From Sphyrna mokarran (Eukaryota), in contig JAGIQG010000005.1 in NCBI GenBank assembly GCA_024679065.1, forward strand, positions 82,336,001 to 82,400,000: a DNA stretch of 64,000 nt, read 5' to 3'. The position numbers and the translations under genes are program-made. This document shows positions 1-11,339 of the stretch, piece by piece; positions within the stretch are counted from its first letter, which is position 1; every line of letters starts with the position of its first letter. Below the pieces are notes generated by a model, which saw only the letters and a program-made list of their open reading frames with translations, ran no database searches and was not told the DNA's origin.

Positions 1-554
1 AAAGGGATTGTGGGGGCCAACAATGAGGCCAGCAATGTCTGCAGGAGGGTGGGATGTGAAGGCCAGAAATAAGGCCAGCGATGCCTCTGTGGAGTGATTG
101 TGGGGGCCATCAATGAAGCCAGTGATGTCTCTGTGGGGAGATTGTGGGGCCCAGCAATGCCTCTGTGGGGGTCAGCGATGAGGCCAGTGATGTCTCCGTG
201 GGGTGATTGTGGGGGCCAGTAATGACACCAATAGTGTCTGTGGTGGTCGGGGCGGAGGAGGAGGTGTTGTGGGGCACAATGATGAGACCAGTGATATGTG
301 TGGGGGTTTGTTAGCAGTGATCTGGATGCTGGATTCAGCGATATCTCAGAGGTGTGCACACGCAGGGGTTCCTGCGCATCCCACCAATTTCACGCTCTTT
401 GGTGTGAATAACCCTTGGGTTTTAATAATATTCACAATTGTGACCTCTGCATTGCACAGAGTGCGGAGACTCGGGTCTGAAGTTGCAGTGAAAAAACAGT
501 CGTGATTTACACCAGTTTTCTCACCAATTCAGCATTTTTGAGGGAATTGTCCCC
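1..554 (-). mobile_element. Partial GC-rich non-autonomous TIR element (putative PIF/Harbinger-derived), same family as 6071-7163
   Basis: Bases ~300-554 are the reverse complement of the left end of 6071-7163 (e.g. TGCACAGAGTG vs CACTCTGTGCA). It ends in a TIR-like GAGGGAATTGTCCCC. Confidence 0.6.
5..305. repeat. Degenerate ~45-bp minisatellite (GATTGTGGGGGCCAnCAATGAGGCCAG...)
   Basis: About 6 imperfect tandem units visible directly in the sequence. Confidence 0.75.
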
Positions 555-1949
555 TTCGTTCCTCCAATAGGGGAATCTTTGGTATGGAACATATTTAAAA
601 TTACAGGAGGGGGCTCTGGCCTTTATTGGCGGGCAGAAATAAAGAAAGAGATGAAGGATCAAGGAGCCCCAAAATGGCTTTTTCACCTCCTCCACCAATG
701 ATGTAACAGGGATCCCGCCACGCAATCATGGAAATTCCATTTGAGTGCATGTTAATATAAATAGCAGGCATCCCTGCTGTAGCACGTCCCGTGTGGGAAA
801 GCACACCACTATCTCCCTGCCAAGGGCATGATGTTACATTGGTGAGGTTCACAAACGTTTTTTAACAATAGAGAACTGGTAAATAGAAACTGCTGGAGGC
901 ACTTCGACAAGTTCAGCCTCCAGAAGAGTAAGACACATGCTAGAGCAGTGCCCTGGAACTGCCCCCCAGGACAGTGCCATGGAGCAGTACCAGGAGAATG
1001 GTGCTGGGTGTTCTATGACCAAGTACTGAATCCATGTCTATGATGAGATAGGGAGGATTCTGTGTAGAGGGGAGCTTTGTGCTGGGGCTGTATCCAAGGT
1101 GATTGTTAGAGGGGGCATCTGTCATTTCATCCTATCATTACCTTCTGGACATCGAGGCAGCTTATAAAAAGGGTGCCCCCTATCTTCCAAGATTGATGTG
1201 TGTGGTGGGCTCCGACATCATGAGACCTGCCCCTTCGATTTATTTTGACCCTTTATTAAAAAAAAGTGAGGAAAATGTTGGCAGAGTAGCCAACAATTAC
1301 ACCCTGCTGTTCCTGCCCAAGTTGACACACAAGCTTGGATTTTCCGGGTCCGTTCGACATGGGGGCAAATACCATTTTGGCTGGAAATTCTTCCCAGAGG
1401 ATCATAAATGGATTTACACCAGGGAGATCTCAGGATGAGATCTTCTCCGACTCTCCCCACTTGGTGACATAATCAGGGAAATGGCATAATTACCATTAAT
1501 TTAAGTAGATTTAAATAAGCCTAAATAGAATAATGCTGTACCTTCCAAAGCTGTCAGATGTTGCCCCTGCCAGTGTGACATTACACCCACTGGAATTACT
1601 GCTACTTTCCAGCAATTGAGATACTTAGATGGGCACATGAACAGAATGGGTATGGAGGGGTATAGAAAACTGATTTAAAATAGGGATCATGGGCCTTGGG
1701 AGTCCCTGGGAAGTGTGTAAATAGATGATGATATTGATGTACTTGTTTTTATCCTACAGGTGCTTTGGTCCACCTTGTTGTCTAACAAGCGGCATACATG
1801 CAATGGATTGTGAGAGGGCTGCTCTTGGATCTTTTTCGAGAGTATCCTAGTGCTTCACGTCATTAGTGTAAGCTTGACCTGGACCATTTGATGAGCAATA
1901 CGACAGCTCAGTGACTATTACTGTGCTGTGCAGATACATGGATTTGGGC

Positions 1950-2190
1950 CTGTGTCTGTGGGAGTTTGCTCATTCTCCCCGTGCTTGCGTGGGTTTTCTC
2001 CGGGCGCTCCAGTTTCCTCCCACATCCCAAAGATGTGCTCTTAGGCTAATTGGCAAAACAAATTCTCCCTAAATTGTCTCAAATTTGGTTTTTTAATCCA
2101 TAGATCTATAAACAGGGATCGCGGGTAGAGGTGGGAACATCGGGGTGGCGGCCTGGGCTCGTTGGGCCGAAGGGCCTGTTTCCCATGCTG
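1950..2190 (+). mobile_element. HE1/V-SINE-type SINE (degenerate)
   Basis: V-SINE core GGAGTTTGCTCATTCTCCCCGTGCTTGCGTGGGTTTTCTCCGGGCGCTCCAGTTTCCTCCCACATCCCAAAGATGTG, followed by a CR1-like tail GGGCCGAAGGGCCTGTTTCC. Confidence 0.8.
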
Positions 2191-4029
2191 TTTTGTTCTT
2201 TGTTCTTTGTTCTTTGAGATGACTACACCAGAGCTTTGGAAGCTAATGTAGCCCATGGTGGCCAGGGACATGGTAGGACAGTGCCTTGTCACTGCATCCT
2301 GGCACACTGTCAATGCCAAACTGACAGTGCCAACCTAGCACTATCAGATTTGCACAGTCTGATTGGCACTGCTGGAGGAAGGACAAGGAAGTGCAGTTAG
2401 ATGTTGAGGCAACAATGAATAGGTAGTGTGGAGATTGCCAATGGAGGGGGGTGTCCTAATGTCCACTGAGGGGGGTCTCAGTGGACATTAGGACAAATGT
2501 GCCCTCTATGTCTTTTTCAGAAAATGTCAAAAGATCTGGAGAGAAAATCTGGATGTAGGAGAACCTGGAGTTTTCAGTCAGAACTTGACTATTGCCTTTT
2601 TTGGGAACATTATGTCCATAGAGAAAATATGAGAAAATTTCACACTCAGATTCAGTGCATTTAGGACAGAAATCAGAAATAGTCACATAAAGTATGGAAC
2701 TCTTACCACACAAATCTGTAAAAGTTAACTCAATTAGTAATTAGATCTGAGATTGATAGATTTTCGCAAGCCTAGGTTATTAAGGATATAGATCAGCTGT
2801 AGTCTTATTGAAAGGCAGAACAGTCTTGACGAGATGAAAGGCCTACTTCTACTCGTATGCTCCTTCATTCTAGTCAACTTGTTGGGATCTTTTCTTAGCT
2901 ATCTACGTCTGGTGCCAGGCCTCCAGGTTACTAGTTAAGTCAAAAAACAATCTAATTCTCCGTCTCTTTTGGCCAAAACCCATCACATTTACAAGGCAAC
3001 TTCGCAAAAACAAAATTCTTTTGTCTTTCTCAATCTAACTTCCAAATACTTGTCTATTATCATCAGTCTATTAAACGTGTTGGTATGTGTCTTTTTTAAA
3101 TCTTCTCGGTAATTCTGATTATTTGAACATCTACTTTTTTTTCATTTTTAAGGTCAATCATTGCAGGCTTGATTATTGAATAACTATTAGTCTATTTTAA
3201 GTTTGCTAAATGGAATTATAAATATACAACCTGGGAATCACATTAGATGTTTATGTGTCCCTGTCTTACTACCTTTAAGTGCTTTCAATCTGTCATTTTT
3301 TTCCTTCCTCTAATGGATAATCTATTATTAGTCCATTGTGGTTGGCAGTTTGTTCATGGAATGTCTTACTAACCATTGTCTATTTTTGTCCCATATATCC
3401 CAATTTGGTTATGGAATGATTTCCTGATTGATGCATCTTCACAAATGACACTACACAGACATCTGCAAGATGAATTTGAAGTTGGTACAACGGCTAATTA
3501 AATTGCTTGTGTCAATTTAAACAATAGTCACTTAAAATAGTTAGAAAACCATTAACCTAATTGTCTGTGGACCACTGGTGCTTCTACTCATATGTTGGCT
3601 TGCAAAGTAAATATTAACATCAATGGCTTCTCTCTCCATCAGGTGTAAAAATATTGCCTATCACAACAGTATTTCTCTCAGCCTTTCTCTTCAGGCAATT
3701 CCTGAGAGTAGATGGTTCATTTGAGGAGTCTGTTTCTACTAAGCTCACTCCTGTTCATCACACGCAATCAGGATTGGCAAATCTGATTAATTTTCTTCCC
3801 TCTTCTGGACCAGGACATTGATGCCGAATATAATGCTTTTCCCATCGTCCTTTTTGAGTCAATGAATTCACCACAGATCGTGGTTTGAATCTGGGAAATC
3901 AACAGCAGTCATAGCAGCCTCACTTAGCATTGTTGTTGGTCCTGATACCTCTGTTGCTAAACTTACAAGATCAGAAATTGATGGACACATTGTATAATAT
4001 TGCTTCTTTCATAAAAAGTATATATACAT

Positions 4030-4590
4030 ATGTATATAATATTTATAGCATTGTTCACAACTTCAGGATATTCAAAAGTGTTTTGCAGTAAATGAAAAAC
4101 TTTTGAAGTGTACTCCTTGTTTAAATGTAGAACAGAAAGCTGTTGACTATCATCCAGATTACGGCCAAGAAAGGCCAGTTGAGAGATAGGTAAAGTCGGT
4201 AGTATAGGAGGTGCATGGATTCATGGACAAGCTGAACAGGAGAAGGTGAAGGAAGATGAGATACGGAGTTTAGGATGGGATTCAGACTAGAGTGGTGAGG
4301 TGGAGGAGTTGGGAAGGGTGTAAGAGTGGGCCTGAAATAAAGAAGAGATGGGCAAAGTGGAGCTGTATAGGTGATTCTGAAATTGGTGGCAAGCAATCAA
4401 TGACACCACACATTTGCTGTTTGAGGTAAGGTTGAGGGATAGAGACAAGAGGTCAAGGAAGTATGTGCTCAAACTAAAAGGGTTATCTATGTCCTCCAAA
4501 TAATCCTAAAGTAAGTTGCGAACGCTATGGTTTAGCCTCAAAGATTGACTGGAATCAGTGAATTTGGAACATATTCTGAGACGTAATCTA
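4030..4590 (-). mobile_element. Old L2-like LINE fragment
   Basis: Purine-rich degenerate sequence resembling the antisense of shark L2 ORF2 and 3' end; recognised from recall only. Confidence 0.4.
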
Positions 4591-5282
4591 AAGACTACAG
4601 AAAGGCTTTCCCGGTCCCGCTCACTGCAGACCCAGAAACTCATATCCAAAGCCAATGGACCTTTTGCTGGTCCACCAAACTTTCTGTCCTGTCCTGTCCT
4701 CAATAGTTCCTATGCCAGGTAAAATTCTGCCCAATGGTATCAATCCTAATATTCAGTTGAAGAAAATTTATGCTTATTTAGGTGCAACAAGAAAATAGAG
4801 ACAATGGAGGGACCAAAGGAAGTCTTCTCCAGTGATATATGTATATACATATATATAGAAAGCTTATATTTACTGCAATATATTAGTAAACATCTCCCAT
4901 TTGTCCTTTATACTCTTAACAATGTGATCCAAACTATTGGTAACAATCCCTTTTTATTATCCACTGCAAACATAATTTTAAATTGAATCATGTTTTTATT
5001 GTTGTTTTCTTTTATGTATTCTACTTTCTCTCGTGAGTTATGATTATGTGAAGCATTTAATCAAAAATCACCTATAAAATTATGCTTGATGCCTGGCTAT
5101 TTAAATGTAAGTGGTAATAAATTCCAAAATGGGACACTCCCATTTTTCTGCTGTAACTTCAGCAGAAGAATAATGGCAATCCTGGAAAAAAGAATATAGT
5201 TTGATAATCAGAAAGTCCATGTGGATATTCCATCCAAAGGTTATTTTCTTTGATTGTGCCAGACTAATTTTTTTGATATTGA

Positions 5283-5550
5283 TATATGGGACATGGGCAT
5301 CACTGGCTGGCCAACATTTATTGCCAATCTCTAGTTGCCTTTGAGAAGACGGCAGTGAGCTGTCTTCTTAAATCGCTGCAGTTCACATATTATGGGTTTA
5401 CCTAAAATGCCATTAAGGAGACAATTCCAGAATTTTGACCCCCTGACTGCGAAGGAACGGCAACATATCTCTAAGTCAGGATGGCAAGTGGCTTGAAAGG
5501 GAATTTGCAGGTAGTAGTTTCCCCATTTATCGGCTGCCCCTGTCCTTCCA
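5283..5550 (-). mobile_element. LINE 3' end fragment (CR1/L2 superclade)
   Basis: The minus strand reads like an ORF2 C-terminus (GSKFWNCLL, degenerate WNSLP motif) plus a 3' UTR. A second copy lies at 57745-58010. Confidence 0.65.
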
Positions 5551-5828
5551 GAATCATAGAATCCCTACAGTATACAAGGAGGCCATTTGGCCCATCAAGC
5601 CTGACAGAGCATCATACCAGGCTCACCTCCCCCAACCCTATCCCCGAAAGCCCACTAATCACTCTAACCTGCACGTCTTCGGAAAGTGGAAGGAAATCAG
5701 ACCACTCAGAGGAAACCCATACAGACAAAGGGAGAATGTGCACTCCACACAGTCACCCATGGCTGGAATTGAAACTAGGTCTCTGGTACTGTGAGGCAGC
5801 AATGCTAACCATTGTGCCACTATGCCCC
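5551..5828 (-). mobile_element. HE1/V-SINE, near full length
   Basis: The reverse complement gives a tRNA-like head GGGGCATAGTGGCACAATGGTTAGCATTGCTGCCTCACAG, the V core, and a TTCTATGATTC tail. Confidence 0.85.
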
Positions 5829-6070
5829 CAAATGTTTGTTGCACAGTATACGGTTTTCCCGCTAATGAGGAATGAGTAGACAACCAACAGCCCTCGCATT
5901 CCACAAGTGTGTCCCAGATTCTTTAAATCTGCCAGTTCTCCTCCTCTCTGAACTTGCACTCTTTATTTTATGTTCATAGAAACATAGAAACGAGAAGCAA
6001 GAGTAGGCCATTCAGCTTTTTGAGCCTGCTCCGCCATTCACTTTGATCATGGCTGATCCTCAAATTCAAT

Positions 6071-7163
6071 GGGGGCGGGCGGTTATTCTCCCAAAAGAAT
6101 TCTAAGTGTCGAATTCATGTAAAAACTGGAGTAAATCCCATTGGTTTGTTCAGCGGGAGTTTCCAAATGAATCTCCCACACTCTGTGCACTGCAGAGTAA
6201 ATTAGTGTGAATCACGTGAATAATCAGAGGAGGCATTTATTCCCATTGAAAGGCTGGCAGCACAGCGCTGAGTGGGTCACTGCACGTGCACTGATCTGAC
6301 AGCACCGAGATCAGTGCATGAACAGTGGCCCCCCCAGTGCCGGATTCTCAACCACTGGCCAGATCGATCGCTGGCCAGCCCCATGACCCCCACATCGCTG
6401 GCCCTCTGGTTCCCTACAGCCCAATCGCTGGTCCTCTGGATATGTTCAGCCAGCCTCAAACACCCTGCCATCCCTAGCCCACCCAGCTCGATCTCCTCCC
6501 TGCCCTTGGCAGCCCAGATCTCCTCTTCCACCTGCAGTCCCAACCTTTCCTCACACCAAAGCCCACCCACTATCACTGGCCTCTCTCTCTCTGTCATTCA
6601 GCCCCACTGTAGAATGGCAACTGGACATCCCAACCCCACCAAACTGTGTCCCCCCTTATCAGGCCTCATCATCATCAGGCCTCACACCCTTAGCACTTCC
6701 TACATCCAGTGGGCAGTGCTAAGGTGCCCCAGGGACATTGACACTTTGCCCCTTGGGCAGTGCCAGTGGGCCCAGGTTAGTACTGCCAATGTGTCAATGC
6801 TCAGGAGGCAAACACCGCCCCCCCCAACTGCACCCCCCAGCTCCCAACCGATGCCCAACCCTCTGGGGGGCTTCAATGGCCTCCCTTCATTCCAGCAGGA
6901 ATCTGTTGTAAATCCTGCTGGAGTGAACCACTCTTGTTGGAGTAGGAGGGAGATTTCAGTCCCTTGCCCACTAATGATTGTTAAATTGTATGGAAATTAG
7001 AATTTAAGTAAATTATGCATCTCCATATCAAAACTAGAAATCTGGCTGCCGAAGACTTGCAGAGAATGTGGCACCTGGAGGAAAACCCACAAAACGGCCT
7101 CTGCTTGAGACTCCCGGCTCACTGCATGACAAAAGCAACACAGCGGGCTGGAAGAATCACCCC
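6071..7163 (+). mobile_element. GC-rich non-autonomous TIR element (putative PIF/Harbinger-derived)
   Basis: Termini GGGCGGTTATTCTCCC and GGAAGAATCACCCC are imperfect inverted repeats. It interrupts a CR1 and is homologous to 62439-63580. Confidence 0.65.
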
Positions 7164-7417
7164 TAATATTCCGATCCTCCCTTCCTCCCTAATCCTTGAT
7201 AATCCCTAGCCCCAAGAGGTATATCTAATTTCTTCTTGAAATCAGCAATGTTTTGGCCAACTACAATTTGTGGTAATGAATTCCATGGATTCACCACCTT
7301 CTGGGTGAAGAAATTTCTCCTCACCTCAATTCTATAAAAGGTTTCCCCTTTATCCTCAAACTGTGACCCCTAGTTCTGGATCCCCCACCATTAAGAACAT
7401 TCTTTCTGAATTTACCC

Positions 7418-7923
7418 TGAAGGTTCACCAGTTTGATACCGAAGATGAGGGGGTTAGCTTATGAGGGAAGGTCGAGTAGATTGGGCCTGTACTAGCTGAA
7501 TTTAGAAGGCTGAGAGAAGACGTTATAGAAACATATAAGATATTGAAAGGTCTAGACAGGGTAAAGGCAGAGAGATTATTTCCACTTAGAAAGGAAACAA
7601 AAACTAGAGGGCACAGCCTTAAAATAAGGGGGAATCAATTTAGAACAGTGTTGCGGAGGAACTTCTTCTCTCAGAGAATAATGAATCTTTGGAATTCCCT
7701 GTCCATTGAATCAGTGGAGGCTACCTCATTAAATATGTTTAAGTCATAGGTAGATAGATTCCTGATCAATAAGGGAATTAAGGGTTATGGAGAGCAGGCA
7801 GGTAAGTGGAACTGAACCACTATCAGATCTATCACTATCAGATCTTATTGAATGGCTGGGCAAGCTCGAGGGGCTCGATGGCCTATTCCTGTCCTATTTC
7901 TTATGTTCTTATGTTATGTTCTT
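7418..7923 (+). mobile_element. CR1 LINE ORF2 3' end and tail
   Basis: Encodes KGLDRVKAERLFPL...TRGHSLKIRG...RRNFFSQRIMNLWNSL, the CR1 C-terminal motif, and ends in a (TTATGTTC)n tail. Confidence 0.9.
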
Positions 7924-8430
7924 ACATCTAACTCTGTTAGAATTTCATAAGTTTCTATGAGATCCCCTCTCACTCTTCTAAACTCTAGTGAATATAATCC
8001 CAGCCAATTTAATCTCTCATATTGCCATCCCAGGAATCAGCCTGGCAAATCTTCACTGTACTCCCTCTCATGCTGGTAATTAATCTTTCCTTTGAGGTAT
8101 TTTTCAGTCCTTTGGCATTAATATCCATATTTGTTTAATTTCCAAACCCACTATTAACTTTGCTTTTGAGCATCACATGTAGTTCTGGATAGTTCCCAGG
8201 AAATACAAAAGCATATCTTTTGTGGTTAAAAGCTTTTCATTTCTGATTTGTGGCAGTTGCCAACAGGTTTGGTCTGAAAGTTTGGATGTCAGCTGGTACT
8301 TTTTGAATCAGTTTTATCCTTGGCGAACTTAAAAGCACAAAACAGGAACTGCATTTCCTTCCTAAGCAGCCAATTATAGTTGAACATTATTTTAATTTTC
8401 AAACCTCTTCAAGAGTTTGTCCTTCTCTAT

Positions 8431-8907
8431 CTCTACAACCTCATCTATCCGTACAACCCTGTCCAACTCTCAGCCTTATCCAACCCTAATACTTCATCCA
8501 ACTCTGCAACCTCTTCCAGCCCTGCAACCTTGTTCAAACCTGCAGCCTTATCCAACCCTATAACCTTATCCAGCCCTAAAACCTCATGCAAATCTACAAC
8601 CTCATCCAATCCTAAAACCTCTTTCAAACCTGCAACCTCATCCAATCCTACAACGTTGCTCAGTCCGATCCTTGCTCAAAGCTACAACTTCATCCAAATC
8701 TACAACCTCATCCAAACCCTACAACCTCATCCAGCCCTGCAACCTTGTCCAAACTTGCAAACTCATCCAAATCTGCAACCTCATCCAACCCTACAGTCTT
8801 GTCCAAATGTACAATCTCATCCAAACTTACAACCTCGTCCAAACCTACAATCTCATCCAAACTTACAACCTCGTCCAAACCTACAATCTCATCCAACCCT
8901 GCAACCT
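8431..8907. repeat. 18-bp minisatellite (consensus about TACAACCTCATCCAAACC), ~26 units, inside an L2-like fragment
   Basis: The tandem periodicity is directly visible and explains the repetitive ORFs at 8380-9039 in several frames. Confidence 0.9.
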
Positions 8908-10724
8908 CGGTGTTCCTTCAATTCCAGCCTCTTGCCCATCCCCAGCTTCCATCATTCTTTATTGCAAGGGGATGGGAATGGAAGAGGTCACGGGTTTCGA
9001 AGGTGCTTCAGTGAATTAACCACCTTCAATGATGTATGAATTGTGAGTGTGAATGCCAATATTGAATCCACAAAAGCAATTATTCCACATTTGAAAATGC
9101 TTAGTTTAACTAGAGATCAGTTGCCAGATTATTTTCAAATAAGAATATAAAACAAGAAATTGATTACTCTAATTTATCCATTTTCTTGCTTTCTTATTCC
9201 ATTTAGTTGTTCCTGCAGAAATCATAGATCCATATGTTACCCAGAAATGTATGTCATTCCTCTTGAGGGAGGGACTTTCAGTTTCCTCATATTCTGTGCA
9301 TGTGCAGGTTCCTGAAGCTATTGTCCCCATCAGTAGAATGATGAGAATTAATGCTGATAGTTTCAGAAACATTACCACTGGAAATCCAGGTCATTGATAT
9401 ATATGGTGATATAATGAGGCTTCAATAATGATAATTGGAAATGCCACCATCACATGTTATGAATTGAAGGATATTTCCTTTATCCATAATTGTTTTCTCC
9501 AAACTTCCAACTCGTTGCAATGTTACCGCACAAGATTTTTCTCCTTATGCCTAAATAATGAAAAGAAAAATCTTTCACAGTTTTTAGTTCTACACCAAGG
9601 CCAAGTGTAGAACCACATCTAAGCAAAAACCACAGGTTAAATTTGGGATCTCCCAGGCTTGGATCGTGCGATATCATACAAATATCTGCATTTATTCACT
9701 GACCCATTACAAATACTCTAATAGATGTAGAATAGAAGCATAATCATACGTTTCCCTTTCCAAGATTTGGAGCCCAAAATATCCTTTTAAGGAATGTTTT
9801 GTGGAACTTACCCATTAAAAGTTGAAAAAATTGGCTGGAACAGACTATGAAGCAGCCAGCACTTTTATATGATTTGAAAGTGCTGGGTTAGGTGGCAGAA
9901 AACATTTAAACTCTAACTAATTATTATAAAGTTAGGTACAGATTTCTAATTCATCTACTGAACGTGATATGTTGAAAGAGCCAAGGAATTTAGTGAGAAC
10001 ACGTCTCTGCATAACAGAAATTTAATGATATCACATTGGGGAATCTCTGCAAGCCATAATGTGAGTTGAAAGGATTGTTTTGGCAGTGGTCACTACTTAG
10101 TGCAAGGGGTCTGGTTTCATATTAGGAAATCATAACATATGTTTGGAATAATTTAAAATCCCTCTCTTACCAGGATTTTTAACTCAAAACATAAAGCAAA
10201 TAAATAAGTAAATAATTCAACTGGAAAATTACAGATGATCTACAGCCAGGTTACACTGTGCTACCAACTAACTTGAACAATGCTGCCTATTTTGTCAGTT
10301 GTGACATTCCTGAGTGGCTCTTAATCAATATTGATCCTACCCCTGTGTTGTGGATTATTGATTCCTTCCTTTTTCTCTTAGATAGTCTCTTTGGGTGGGG
10401 CAGGTGGTTTTTGAAGAGTTAGGTCAAGGGATTGTTTGGAGCTTTTTGAGCTCCTCCAATACTTCAACTTTGCCTCTGCAAGTTCCCAAGTCTCTCAGTA
10501 CGTTCAGTATTGTTCTAAAGGAGCCTTCTCCATTTTGGTCAATCTCCCATGAGTTGGCATGCATGTTTGATCTCTTCTGGATGTTTGGAAGTCATCTCCA
10601 AAGTGCTTCCACTGTTCTCCTGGGAATCCTCTGCCATGATCAAGTACTATGTAGAACGGTTGCTTTGGTGGCCTAATGTAGATACATTATTGATGAAACT
10701 ATTTCAATTAAACACACATTTGCT

Positions 10725-10865
10725 TATAAAAGCAAAGTATTGTGAATGGTGGAAATCTTAAATAAACTGAACAGAAAATATTAAAAATATTTAGCATGTC
10801 AGGCAGCAATTATGAAGACAGAAATCAGTTTAATGTTTCAGGTCAATGATCTTTCATCAGAACTC
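10725..10865 (-). mobile_element. Penelope-like element terminal (pLTR) fragment
   Basis: The minus strand reads AGTTCTGATGAAAGATCATTGACCTGAAACATTAAACT...TGCTGCCTGACATGCT, similar to the end of the Penelope relic at 17211-17700. Confidence 0.55.
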
Positions 10866-11339
10866 CTTATTATATTTCTCAATAGCTTCTGTTATATTTA
10901 TAAAATATGGAGACTGATTTTTGACGCATTACTAATGTGCAAATGGTGCAGGAATTTTGGTTTTGGGCAAAGGAGAATGTTTCCACCATGAGCACTTAAT
11001 AGATATGACCCCAAGTTTTCTTCTTCTTCAAGAATTCTCTGCCCAAAAGATAGGTTTGACCCACAGCACCACGATCTCCACCACAAGCAAGGAAAGGAGG
11101 CAAGTTCCAAATCCATCCCAGCTGGAACTGGCACCAATCTGATCCACAGTGGCCATCCAGCCAACTGAGCCACAGAGCCTGAGTTGCTGTGGTAACGGTA
11201 CTTCTCCAAGCATGTTGTAGTCCTGGAGCTATGAATAGTGATGGTTGAGATCCAATTTTCTTTCCATCACAGAGCTGACTGGGAATCTCTCCTGCTTTTA
11301 CTGTTTGCTGTTGGAATGTCTATCATCCCTGAAGGCAAC

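Larger units (their letters stand above)
5977..8070 (-). mobile_element. CR1-like LINE 3' fragment interrupted by two younger insertions
   Basis: Reversed tail CATAGAAACATAGAAAC...GGCCATTCAGC at 5977; the element resumes at 7164-7417 and 7926-8070. Confidence 0.75.

Noticed and set aside
1742-1875. Exon-like segment (TTTTATCCTACAG| ... |GTAAGC)
   Set aside because: Splice-like signals only, with no coding homology or partner exons; such signals are common by chance.
6272-7000. 242-aa Pro/Ser-rich ORF
   Set aside because: It lies within a GC-rich repeat element, has low complexity, shows no recognisable domain, and is not preserved in sister copies.
8431-8907. Possible CRISPR-like array
   Set aside because: The units are contiguous with no unique spacers, there are no cas genes, and the context is vertebrate.
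8380-9039. 219-aa and overlapping repetitive ORFs
   Set aside because: They are artefacts of a largely stop-free 18-bp minisatellite open in several frames on both strands, with no splice or homology support.
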